Part shown: positions 45,085 through 55,830 of the stretch, piece after piece
How positions within the stretch are numbered: position 1 is the stretch's first letter
Layout of the letters: the number at the start of each line of letters is the position of its first letter
Source: Calditrichia bacterium
GTDB lineage: Bacteria > Calditrichota > Calditrichia > JAJRVZ01
Direction of reading: 5' to 3'
DNA: 64,000 bases
NCBI GenBank assembly: GCA_963796965.1
Contig: CAWCNS010000012.1
Coordinates: 32,001-96,000, forward strand
Notes under the pieces: generated by a model
Told to the model about the DNA's origin: nothing
What the model saw: the letters and a program-made list of their open reading frames with translations, nothing else
Databases searched by the model: none
Translations under genes and position numbers: made by a program

Positions 45085-46083
45085 ATGAGTGGAAAAATGG
45101 TGAAAATAAAAATTACATTGTTCCTTCTGGTTGCCTGTTTTACCTCACTTCAAGCGGATGGGTTTAAAAAGTATGCAGGAGAATTTCTGTCTGCCGGCGT
45201 TGGTAGTCGTGCACTTGGTATGGCCGGTGCTTTTGTTGCTGTTGCAAACGATGTAACCGCTGGTTATTGGAACCCAGCCGGTCTGACTGAATCGCGTGGT
45301 CTACAGTTTCAGTTTATGCATGCTAAACAGTTTATGAGTTCAATCCAGTATGATTATTTTGGTAGTTCAAAAAAGTTGAGTGAGAACTCTGCTCTCGGTC
45401 TTTCCCTGATCAGGTGGGGGATTAATGATATAAAAGATACACGAAATGCACTAAATGGAAGTACCATAAGCGAGGGTCTCGATTATTCAAAAATAACCTC
45501 ATTCAATATAGCAGATTATGTGTTTTATGTCAGTTATGCACATATGTATACTGAAAAATTATCTCTTGGTGCCAATGTTAAAATCATTTATCGTGATTAT
45601 GACTCGGAAACGGCAATGGGAATTGGTTTTGATGCAGGATTAAAATACAGGTTAGCGGCAGGTCTCGATTTGGGCTTGATGGTCAGAGATATAACAACAA
45701 CGATGATGGCCTGGAGCACCAACGAAAAAGAATTTGTAGCACCCTCGTTTAGACCGGGAATTTCCTACCGCCTTGATTTTCATAGTATCGATCTGTATTT
45801 ACAGCCCTCAATGGATCTGGCAATTTTGCTTGAATCCAGAGATAATTCTGCCCAGCTTGGCCTGGGTCTTCTGAGTGTAGATTCATTCTGGGGTATGGAA
45901 GCTGGATTCAAAGACCTTTTATTTCTCCGATTGGGCTATGATGATCTTTCCCGGTTTAACGCTGGTATTGGCGTTGCTATTCAGAAATTTGGTGTAGACT
46001 ATTCCTATACGAATTTTGATCAGGTACTTGGCAATGTCCATCGTATTTCTTTCTATCTTAGACTTGGTTCAGACGGCATTTGA
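45085..46083 (+). CDS. PorV/PorQ-family outer membrane beta-barrel
   Basis: Signal peptide; FLSAGVGSRALGMAGA..YWNPAG. Confidence 0.8.
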   Translation: MSGKMVKIKITLFLLVACFTSLQADGFKKYAGEFLSAGVGSRALGMAGAFVAVANDVTAGYWNPAGLTESRGLQFQFMHAKQFMSSIQYDYFGSSKKLSENSALGLSLIRWGINDIKDTRNALNGSTISEGLDYSKITSFNIADYVFYVSYAHMYTEKLSLGANVKIIYRDYDSETAMGIGFDAGLKYRLAAGLDLGLMVRDITTTMMAWSTNEKEFVAPSFRPGISYRLDFHSIDLYLQPSMDLAILLESRDNSAQLGLGLLSVDSFWGMEAGFKDLLFLRLGYDDLSRFNAGIGVAIQKFGVDYSYTNFDQVLGNVHRISFYLRLGSDGI

Positions 46084-46494
46084 TTAACATTAGAATCACT
46101 TCTCAATCCCACAATACGATATCATTATATATTCTCATGATCCTGACTATTCTCATCAGATAATTTCGGTATTAAAACAGGAATTGTGCATGGGAACAAC
46201 AAATTGTCCGGGTCGTTAGTATATATAAGATATTTTTACCAATATCCCTTATTAATATGTGTCAGAATAGGTTTGATAAATAAAATACTTTCATAAATAT
46301 AGATAATTGTAATTTTTTTTTGTTGCTGGTAATATTAAATTGGATTGATTCCACAAGATTCTTTAAAATAAGGTCTATAAAGTATAAATCATTGTAATAT
46401 AATTTGTGAAAGTTATTTCTCCTACTTCGCTAAATGGTGAGTGGGAGAAATAATGGTTGCCTCTTTGAATGGGGCAGAATAGCAGGAGATAAAA

Positions 46495-47971
46495 ATGGGT
46501 AATTTGACACGAAGAAATTTTTTAAAAAACACAACGATAGACTTCTGTTGCATTAGGCATTGGTACCAAGACTGCCATCTCTGCATGGTCCAGACCACTG
46601 GGCGCCAATGATGATATTCGTCTCGCAATTGTTGGAACGCGGGGGAAAGGTAATGCCCATATACAGGATTTGCTCAAGATCAAGGGAGTGAGGATTGCCG
46701 CACTTTGTGATGTGGATCCCCAGATACTGAGTGAACGTAAAGAAGAGTTGATGGCAAAAAATATATTGGTTAAAACCTATACCGATGTGCGGAAATTACT
46801 TGAAGATAAAGAAATTGATGGAATTGTTGTAACAACACCTAATCATTTACACGCCCCGATAACCATTTGGGCTTGTCAGGCTGGAAAAGATGTCTATGTG
46901 GAAAAACCGGTTTCGCATAATGTCTGGGAAGGTCAAATGATGATCAAGGCTGCGCATAAGTATAATCGGATTGTGCAGTCAGGGATTCAGGCACGGTCAA
47001 ACAAGGATATCCCCGCTGTTATTGAATATATCAAAGAGGGACATATTGGAAAAATAAAATGGGTTCATGCTTTATGGTACAAGAGAAGGGAAAGTATTGG
47101 TCTGAAGAATCCCTGGTATCCTAAAGATGTAAATTATGATCTATATTGTGGCCCCTCTGCAATGGTCCCCTTGGAAAGAAATAGAATTCATTATGATTGG
47201 CATTGGATGTGGGGTACAGGTAATGGAGACTTGTGTAATCTTGGCGTTCATATGTTCGATGTCTCACGCTGGATGGCAGGACATGATAAAGCGCCCGATC
47301 GTATTCTCAGTCTTGGGGGACGATTTTCAGTAAATGATGCTGGCGAGACCCCGAATACACAACTGACACTCTTTGACTATCCTGAGATTCCTATTATTAT
47401 GGAGAACCGTGGGCTACCAATGAAACCTGGAGTGAATGCGATGGATCATTTGCGAGGGATTCGTGAAGGAGTGGTCGTTCAATGTGAAAACGGTTATTAC
47501 GCTGGATATCATGGTGGTTGGATCTGGGATAACAATGGCAAAAAAGTAAAACAATTTTCTCAGGGGGGTGCGGAATCGCATATGCCAAATTTTCTGGAAT
47601 GTATGAGAAATAGAAAATACGATAACCTGCGTGCACCAATCGAAATGGGACATCTATCAACATCTGCTTGTCTGATAGGTAATATATCGTATAAAACAGG
47701 AAAGCCCGCAGTTATTGACCAGATACGGGAAAAACTTAAGAGTCATGAACTGGCATCAGATGCTTTTAATAACATAGTAAAACACCTTAACAATAATAAT
47801 GTAGATCTGGAAAATACACCATTGAATTTAGGTCCGTGGTTAACTTTGGATTCAAAAAATTCAAAAATTGAGGCTGTTAATGGTGTGACCCAGGGGGAAG
47901 AACTTGAAAAGGCCAATTTTCAGATGAAAGATGTTTATCGCCCACCCTATGAAATATCACTTGAGACATAG
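46495..47971 (+). CDS. Tat-exported Gfo/Idh/MocA oxidoreductase (N-terminal frameshift near 46540-46560)
   Basis: MGNLTRRNFLK twin-Arg, GANDDIRLAIVG, TPNHLH, YVEKP. Confidence 0.85.
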
Positions 47972-47998
47972 TAACCGGGAATTGCAGGAGAAGATGCC

Positions 47999-48637
47999 AT
48001 GAACAAACTTCACATTCTCATATTCTTAATTGCCCCCGTTTTGTTGTTTGCTCAAAGTGCAGCTGATGAGTTAGTAAATATTAAAGAGTTGATTCCGGAC
48101 ATTGTCCTGGATCTTAAGTATAGCACTATTGATAATTTTACCGGTCAAAAGCTCTACACCACTAATGAATGCTTGATGTCGCATGGTGCAATCAAGCACA
48201 TTATCCTTGTGCAGGACTCCCTTAAAAGAATATCCCACCACAATGGAAAATCTTATCCAAAAGGAATTGGAATTAAAGTATGGGATGCCTACCGTCCCAG
48301 AGCGGTTCAATATTTAATGTGGGAGATCTTTCCTAACCCAACTTATGTTGCAAATCCCTCCAGTGGATCCGTTCACAACCGGGGTGGTGCTATCGATCTT
48401 ACACTCGTTGATTTGAGTACCGGTGAAGAATTAGAAATGCCGACTGAGTTTGACTATTTTGGTGAAGAGGCCTGGCATGGGTATTCTGATTTACCACCAG
48501 ATGCTATCGCTAATCGTCAACTTTTATATGATATGATGACAAATATCGCAGGGTTTGAAATATATTCAAATGAGTGGTGGCATTATACCTGGACTCCTTC
48601 AAAAGCTTTTCCCCTACAAGACTTCCAGATGAAATAA
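47999..48637 (+). CDS. D-Ala-D-Ala dipeptidase (VanX/DdpX, M15D) with signal peptide
   Basis: DAYRP, SVHNRGGAIDLT, EWWH. Confidence 0.9.
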   Translation: MNKLHILIFLIAPVLLFAQSAADELVNIKELIPDIVLDLKYSTIDNFTGQKLYTTNECLMSHGAIKHIILVQDSLKRISHHNGKSYPKGIGIKVWDAYRPRAVQYLMWEIFPNPTYVANPSSGSVHNRGGAIDLTLVDLSTGEELEMPTEFDYFGEEAWHGYSDLPPDAIANRQLLYDMMTNIAGFEIYSNEWWHYTWTPSKAFPLQDFQMK

Positions 48638-48647
48638 AGGATTGTAA

Positions 48648-50927
48648 ATGATAAAATTAATTACATTTACCGTTTTTATTCTGTTTGTTTCTATCTGTTT
48701 TTCCGGCGAAGAAGCACTGGTCAATACCTATACGGATTCCACTCAACGTGATCCTCAAATTGCCCGGGATGGAGAGGGGAATTATGCCATCGTCTGGAAT
48801 TCAAAAGAGCAGGAAGGCCCTAAATCGCAAGGGGATATTTATTTACAATTATTCACGGCGGCTAATTTGAAGGTAGGGGATGAGCAAAAGGTAAATCTCG
48901 TCACCAGGGGGGATCAGGAAAGACCGGCAATCGCCATGCATGAAGACGGTACCTTTGTGATTGCCTGGTCATCGTTTACGCATTCCGATTCTGTATATGA
49001 TATAAAAGCAAGACTTTATAAAAATAATACACCCATAACCTCTGAATTTATTGTAAATACGACAACCGTTCATTCTCAAACAAATCCAGATGTGGCTGTG
49101 GATAGCCAGGGTGGTTTTATTATTGTATGGGATTCCTGGTACCAGGATGGAAGTGACCGGGGGATTTTTGCACAGCGTTATGATAAAGATGGTAAAAAGA
49201 CAGGCTCCGAGTTTCAGGTAAATACAACCACTATATATAGCCAAGCCAGACCTGCAGTTGAATTTCTTGTCGATGATCGTGCTCTGGTTACATGGGAATC
49301 CTGGAATCAGGATGATGCAAATCCTTCAGGTTATGGTGTGTTTGGGCAACTTTTTGATTCTCTCGGTGAAAAAATTGATGATGAATTTCAGGTAAATACG
49401 CAGGTTGAGAACTACCAATGGTTTAGCGCAATTGAAACGTTTTCAGACAGTACATTTATTATTGTCTGGTGTAGTTGGGAACAAGATGGGGATGATGGCG
49501 GGATCTATTTACAAAGATTCGATAAAGATGCAAAAAAAGTTGGTGGAGAACTAAAAGTCAATCATCAAACAATTTACTATCAATGGCTCCCGAGAATAGT
49601 AAATCTTGATGGGAAAAATTTTGCGGTTATCTGGTCCAGTTGGAAGCAGGATGGTAGCCGCGAAGGTATTGTTGCGAGATTCTTTAACGAAGCGGACAAA
49701 ACGGCTTCGCTCGAAGTATCGGTGAATGATTATACGGATAGTTACCAATGGGAACCTGATGTAATAAAAACCGCGGACAATGAATTGTTAGTTGTCTGGT
49801 CAAGCTGGGGAGAATTGGGAAAAGATTATGAAATTAAGGCTAAAAATATATCCGCCCATTATACCCAGGGGATATTAAATCCTTTCTCTTATGAGCATGA
49901 GGCGGGAATGAGTACGACCTCATTTATAGTACATGTTCTTGATTCTACAGCGCTAACCGGTGACGAGTATGCACTTCATTTTGAATCACTAAATTCGGAT
50001 ACGGCTTTAGTGAATATTAAAAATCGCCGAAGCGATATATGGGTTATTGAGGATTTTCGTATACATATAGGAACAGGCTATTCGTTCATTACCCCCGTTT
50101 TTGAAGGTGTAAGGGTAGAAATTATTCCGGAATTTGAGTTTAGGTTAGATGAAGAGCGTACCACGTTCATTAATAATTCAGGTAGTACCTTACAATTTGA
50201 AGTAACTGAGAGTAGTGTGGGTACTAAAAATCTTGCACCGATTGATGTCGCCCTGATCTGGGGAAATATGGATAAACTTGAGAATGGCACCTATGTCAGT
50301 CCCTTGGATACTGCAATGGGAATTGATGGCCTGGTGGATATCGAAGTTCCCTTTTTCGCCTTAAATTTATCAGATGACGCAAAGATGGACCTGTTGGTTG
50401 TTGATGAAGATGAAGTTGTTAATAATCAATGGGACCCCAAGGAGAGAATTGTACTTTTTACTCCTCCACCATATGGGAAATCAGCCACGGATATGCATGT
50501 ACAGGTGGCAACAGATTTCTCAGCCGATAGTTTGATTTTACCCGCTGAAGGTGATTCAAATCTAATATATACTATCAGGCCCCTAAGAAATACAGATGTT
50601 TTTACTTTTAGTACAACCGCCTCGGATATTCTGAGTACTGAAGAAAATATCGGTTTGACTCCGGAACATTTTGAGATTTATCAAAACTACCCAAACCCCT
50701 TTAATCCAAACACAAAAGTTGGCTTTCATATCCCTGAAAGCGGCAAAGTTAATGTGTCTGTTTACAATGTTTTAGGTCAAAAAATAATAACATTGGTAGA
50801 TGGTATACGCAAGATGGGGTATCATTCCGTGGAATTTAACGGAAACGGGCTTGCTACTGGAATGTATTTTTATGTCGTTCGCTTCAATGAGCAGTTTCAG
50901 AGTAAAAGAATGCTCCTGGTCAAGTGA
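48648..50927 (+). CDS. Secreted repeat protein with T9SS type-A-like C-terminal domain
   Basis: ~6-7 repeats of EFQVNT....Q..P.V.....F.VVW.S..QDG; QNYPNPFNP...G.YFY...K. Confidence 0.85.
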   Translation: MIKLITFTVFILFVSICFSGEEALVNTYTDSTQRDPQIARDGEGNYAIVWNSKEQEGPKSQGDIYLQLFTAANLKVGDEQKVNLVTRGDQERPAIAMHEDGTFVIAWSSFTHSDSVYDIKARLYKNNTPITSEFIVNTTTVHSQTNPDVAVDSQGGFIIVWDSWYQDGSDRGIFAQRYDKDGKKTGSEFQVNTTTIYSQARPAVEFLVDDRALVTWESWNQDDANPSGYGVFGQLFDSLGEKIDDEFQVNTQVENYQWFSAIETFSDSTFIIVWCSWEQDGDDGGIYLQRFDKDAKKVGGELKVNHQTIYYQWLPRIVNLDGKNFAVIWSSWKQDGSREGIVARFFNEADKTASLEVSVNDYTDSYQWEPDVIKTADNELLVVWSSWGELGKDYEIKAKNISAHYTQGILNPFSYEHEAGMSTTSFIVHVLDSTALTGDEYALHFESLNSDTALVNIKNRRSDIWVIEDFRIHIGTGYSFITPVFEGVRVEIIPEFEFRLDEERTTFINNSGSTLQFEVTESSVGTKNLAPIDVALIWGNMDKLENGTYVSPLDTAMGIDGLVDIEVPFFALNLSDDAKMDLLVVDEDEVVNNQWDPKERIVLFTPPPYGKSATDMHVQVATDFSADSLILPAEGDSNLIYTIRPLRNTDVFTFSTTASDILSTEENIGLTPEHFEIYQNYPNPFNPNTKVGFHIPESGKVNVSVYNVLGQKIITLVDGIRKMGYHSVEFNGNGLATGMYFYVVRFNEQFQSKRMLLVK

Positions 50928-51145
50928 TAAAAGATACGGGATATTCGATATTGGATCGAAAGAGTTGATGTGTGCCTCGAGATACGCGATCCGGGATTAA
51001 AGAAAAAACATTGTTCAAAACTATTTGACATAGAACCAGAGTGGACACGCCTTCTTATATTAATAATCAGGAGACGTCCACCTGGGACGTCTCTACAACT
51101 TTGCTCACTACTCTTTTTTTTACTCTTCTCTCTTCTATTTTTATT

Positions 51146-52406
51146 CTATTCCGCCCTCAAATCCTCAATACTATCTTTAGCCTTTTCTGCATATTTTGAA
51201 TTTGGAAAATTTTTAATCACTTCCGTATAGGTATCTATTGCTGCCTGCTTATTATTTAATTCATCGGAATACATTTCAGCAGCGTCGTAGAGCCGTTCAG
51301 ATGCATCCTCACGCTCGGGATATTGACTCGAATACAATTTGAGGATCTCAATGGCTTTTTCATAATTCTCAATATTTTTTCGATAAATAGTCTCGATCTC
51401 CAATAATGCTTCCGGAGCGTACTCATTTTTTGGGTACAATTCGAATATTTGATGATAACTGGCAATCGCCTCTTCGTGTCGCTCTTTGTCTTCCATGATT
51501 TCTGCAACTCTCTTTAACGATTCTACAGCATATTTACTATCTGGATAGGTTTCAACCAATACTCTGTAGTTTGCTACGGCCTCATCAGGATTGTCTAATT
51601 TTTTCTCATATAATTCAGCAAGATAGAATTGTGCTTCGCCAGCTACAGGTGCCTCTGGATGAGCAGCAATAAGACTGACAAAGGTATCTTTTGCTTTTTG
51701 ATAGTCCCCTGTCTCTTCATATTGTAGGTATCCCGTTTGAAACAATGCCTGGGGTATGAGAATACTTTCAGGCGTGATAAAACGTATGCGGTTGTAGGAA
51801 AATATTGCCTGATGCTCCTCTGATAATTTTGTATAAATATCACCAATCCAATAATACAACTGATCGACATTTTTTGCTTCCTTGGTATAGCCACGCATAT
51901 AGGAATTGATCTGTTGTATTAGCGCCTCATTTAGGCCTTCGATATTGAGCTCATAGAGAAAGACTTAAATATTCATAGGTCGCCGAATTTCGATCTGGAA
52001 AAGAAATGGAATGACTAATCAATTCATCGATTTGCTTCCTTTTTTCTTTAAAAGTACTCTCATCTTTGTTATGGACAATCTGATTGAGGTTTGAAAGTGC
52101 ATCATTCCGTCTGTCGCTGCTTGAATATATAAATTTAAACTGAAGGTATGATAAAAATGCAAGTGAAAATTCTTTTTCTTCTTCATATAGATTCGCCAAC
52201 ATGAAAAGAACTTCGTCAGCATTTGGAGAATTTGGAAATTGTTCAAGAAACTGCAAATTCTCTTGAATTAGATAATCCATAACATTAGAATTTCTCATAC
52301 TATACGCATCCTGCAAATACTTAAATGATCCCTCTTCAGGAACCTGTGCTAAGATTCCACTAATAAATATCAGACTTCCTATTATACTTAAATAGATTGT
52401 TTTCAT
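51146..52406 (-). CDS. Exported TPR protein, BamD/CpoB-like (frameshift near 51950)
   Basis: Signal peptide; repeated Y/FP.S..A..A TPR motifs across two ORFs. Confidence 0.8.
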
Positions 52407-52423
52407 GATCCTCTCCAAATTAT

Positions 52424-54077
52424 TTATAAATATTTTTTTGGTTCTACAAAAATTGTTTTACTATGTGTTATTAATACAGCACCCGGTTCAGATTTCCTTG
52501 GTTTACGTACATATTTTACTTTTGTATAATTGACTGGCACCGTTGCAGATGTCTTTGCTGCACTAAAATAGGCTGCAATACTGGCTGCTTTTTCAATAAT
52601 AGCCATGGGTGGCTCTATATTCTTATCGGTCTGATAAATGATAACATGAGATCCCGGAACACCCTGGGCATGAAGCCAGTAATCATATTTATGAGCAAAT
52701 TTGAAAGTAAGCAAGTCATTGTTCTTTGCATTTTTCCCAATCAATATCTCCCATTTATTATCCAGTAATAAGCGGTTAAAAGAAGATTTATCCAGGATAT
52801 TCGTTCTTTTGTTTGAAACTCCTTTTTGCCAGGCTCTTTTTTGGGTTAAAACTTGCTCAAGCTGTTCAACTTTTTTTAAGCTATCAATTTTTTTTGAATC
52901 TTCATAGATATATTTCCAATAATTCAACTCATCGTTGTAAGTGTCTTTCTTGGAGATAATCTCTATCTTCATCTTATCGATGTTTTTATACTTTGAAAAA
53001 TACTTGGCTGCGTTTTCCTGAATTGATAATCCGGGATCAAGTTTAATTGTTATTTCTTCGTTTTTATCTGAAAACAAGTTTTTTAGTGCAACCTGATGAT
53101 CTCCTCGTCTTATCTCATGAGAAAAAGTTTGTAAAAGATGACCTTTAACTTCTGATAATTTCTTTTTTTCTTCAAGATCGCTAAAATCAGAGATTTTTTT
53201 GAGTGTCTTTTTTAGATAATCTATCCGCTTTTGCACTACGGTTTGGCATCTTGTCAATTTCTGCTGAACCTGATGTTTTTGATGATGCAGATAGAGAAAC
53301 CGGCTCCACGCCATATTCAAATTGTCAAATTCTGATGGAATATAACCGGGCTCGAGATGATTCAGCGGCAATAATGAAAAGATCGGAACCCTGGTTGCAT
53401 GTTCATTCAAATAATATGAATTCGAACTCATCTCCCCATCTAATGCTAATACACCTCTTTTTATTTCCGCCCAGCAATTTTTATCAATATCTGAGAGTAA
53501 AGTCTCATTATTTAGTTTTGTCCTGAAACATAACTCTTTTATCAGCAAATTATTATAGCCACCAACTTTATGTTTGAGATAATCGGCAATGGATTGGTTA
53601 CTTTCCGGTTTTTCAACGTCCTGAAATTGAGAAGCAGATAATTGTTCCTGTGTAATTTTATTTTGATTAATGGCTTTTAAATTCCTGTCCTTCTTAAAAG
53701 AGGCTTCTATCTTGTTCTCATGGTTAATCAATAATATATTCTGATTAGATCCGTAAAAGATGCACTGGATCTGGAAATCCTCTGTTTTGAGAAAGATTTT
53801 TTTATCGTAGGGAAAAATCTTTATGTCTTTAATTCTTTTATTCTCTAGTCCTTTAAATAATTCAATCCGGGGATCGCGAATATTGTGTGCCTTATCGAGA
53901 ATTATATATGGAAGGTGTGCTTGGACACCTATTCTTAAATAATAATGTTCCTTATATTTTAGCTCTATAATCAATTCATCTTTGCGAAAGGAGAAGCAGC
54001 TAGTGATCAGCTGCTCCTTCTAAGTAGGCCGCCAGGTTGGATACCTGTTTCTCAAATAAAAAATAATTTCGATGCAT
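52424..54077 (-). CDS. NFACT/Rqc2 (FbpA-like) protein (frameshift near 54010)
   Basis: MHRNYF start, ENAAKYF, IGKNAKNNDLLT..WLHAQGVPGSHV. Confidence 0.88.
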
Positions 54078-54224
54078 GGATGATCTATAATCTACCCGTT
54101 TAAAATCGTTGAAATCAAGGATTGTCTTAAAAGCCCGTCTTTGCTTTTAATTCTTTATTTTTATAAATTTTAACACAAAAATATAACTAAAAATAATGTA
54201 CACTTCAGGAAAAAAACGCCAATA

Positions 54225-55103
54225 ATGCTAAGAAGTATGACAGGCTTTGGCCGTGCCGAAATCAAAAACGGTCAATTTGAATTTTCGGTAGAGATTAGAA
54301 GTCTCAATAACCGTTATCTCGATATCGGAATGAAAATTCCAAAATCGTTAAATGCTTACGAATATAAATTAAAAGAATTGATCAAGACCTCTGTTAAAAG
54401 GGGTAAAGTTTCCATTTCGATTTCTTTTAATGACCTTAAAATGTCTGATAGTGATTTTCGTCTCAACGAGGAAACGGTACGATACTATCTACAATTATTG
54501 AAGGAATTAAAAAAAGTAACACAGATTGATGACGAGATCACCTTAACCCATTTATTACAATTTAGAGAATTGGTTGAACCGGAAGAAATCACTCCCGAGG
54601 ATGGAGATATTGAGTTATCGCTCATCCAGGTATTTAAAGAGGCACTCAAAAATCTCAATGAAATGCGCCAACATGAGGCACGTAATCTTGGCGCTGATAT
54701 CCGGGACCGTTTGCAGATAATTAATGAGATAACCAAGAGTATAACCGCGAGAGCAAAGGATTCTCCCCGCCATGAATTGAATAAATTATATAATCGGCTA
54801 AAAGAACAAATCTCAAATAATGATATAGATAAAGATAGACTTGAACTTGAACTGGCATTGATCGCAGATAAAGTGGATATTACTGAAGAATGTGAGCGAA
54901 TGGCCAGTCATGTGAAATTATTTGAGGATGTTTTAGCAAATAATGATGAGGTGGGTAAACAGCTAACCTTTCTTTTGCAGGAAATGCACCGCGAAACAAA
55001 TACAATCGGTTCAAAAACTGCCGATATAACTATATCCCACGAAATGATCAGATTAAAAGAAGAAATAGAAAAGTTACGCGAACAGGTGCAGAATCTGGAA
55101 TAG
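54225..55103 (+). CDS. yicC: YicC/YloC endoribonuclease
   Basis: SMTGFG, DITEE, QEMHRETNTIGSK, REQVQNLE. Confidence 0.93.
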   Translation: MLRSMTGFGRAEIKNGQFEFSVEIRSLNNRYLDIGMKIPKSLNAYEYKLKELIKTSVKRGKVSISISFNDLKMSDSDFRLNEETVRYYLQLLKELKKVTQIDDEITLTHLLQFRELVEPEEITPEDGDIELSLIQVFKEALKNLNEMRQHEARNLGADIRDRLQIINEITKSITARAKDSPRHELNKLYNRLKEQISNNDIDKDRLELELALIADKVDITEECERMASHVKLFEDVLANNDEVGKQLTFLLQEMHRETNTIGSKTADITISHEMIRLKEEIEKLREQVQNLE

Positions 55104-55108
55104 ATATT

Positions 55109-55666
55109 ATGTCTGAGTTTAAAAGTCAGTTAATCGTCCTCTCCGCTCCCTCTGGTGCTGGTAAAACAACAATCGCAAATCTATTGGTTTCCCGCTATCC
55201 TCAAATGGCCATCTCGGTATCCGCGACCACAAGGACAAAGCGTCCACGTGAAAAGGATGGAATCCATTATCATTTTCTTGATGAATCGCGCTTTAAGGAT
55301 TATATCGAAAAAGATAAATTCCTGGAGTTTGAACAGGTTCATGATGACTACTACGGAACTCTGAAAAGTGATGTGGAAAAATTACTGGAACTAGGAAAAA
55401 CTGTAGTTTTTGATATCGACGTTAAGGGTGCTCTTTCAATAAAAAGAAATTATCCACAGGCAATTTTAATTTTCATCAAAACGCCCTCATTGGCAGAGTT
55501 AAGGAATCGTTTAAAGAAAAGAAAAAGCGAAAGCAAAGAGGCTATCCAAAAACGACTACAAAGAATTGAATATGAATATGTGCAGGCCGATAAATTCGAT
55601 TATATCGTGATAAATGATGAACTTGAGCATGCCATTCAAAAAATAGTCGATATCATCAGTATGTGA
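55109..55666 (+). CDS. gmk: Guanylate kinase
   Basis: SAPSGAGKTT, SATTR, YYGT, DIDVKG. Confidence 0.96.
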   Translation: MSEFKSQLIVLSAPSGAGKTTIANLLVSRYPQMAISVSATTRTKRPREKDGIHYHFLDESRFKDYIEKDKFLEFEQVHDDYYGTLKSDVEKLLELGKTVVFDIDVKGALSIKRNYPQAILIFIKTPSLAELRNRLKKRKSESKEAIQKRLQRIEYEYVQADKFDYIVINDELEHAIQKIVDIISM

Positions 55667-55687
55667 TAAAGATTTTTTCGAAGTGTA

Positions 55688-55779
55688 CAATTCTGTTTTT
55701 CGATATTTGTATCGAAATAAAACTGGCGAAATACCACGATAGGCATCGGGAATAGTCAGTTTTAACGAATTTCTTTATT
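55688..55779 (+). repeat. Structured dispersed element, copy 4 (3' module only)
   Basis: Matches the 3' ~90 nt of copies 1-3. Confidence 0.9.
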
Positions 55780-55830
55780 TCTGTCGGCGATTTTTTTTTG
55801 TCCATTATATTTAAAAGAGGTAGGTGTGAT

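Noticed and set aside
47999..48637. Vancomycin-resistance locus
   Set aside because: No vanH/vanA/vanRS nearby; a stand-alone M15D dipeptidase.
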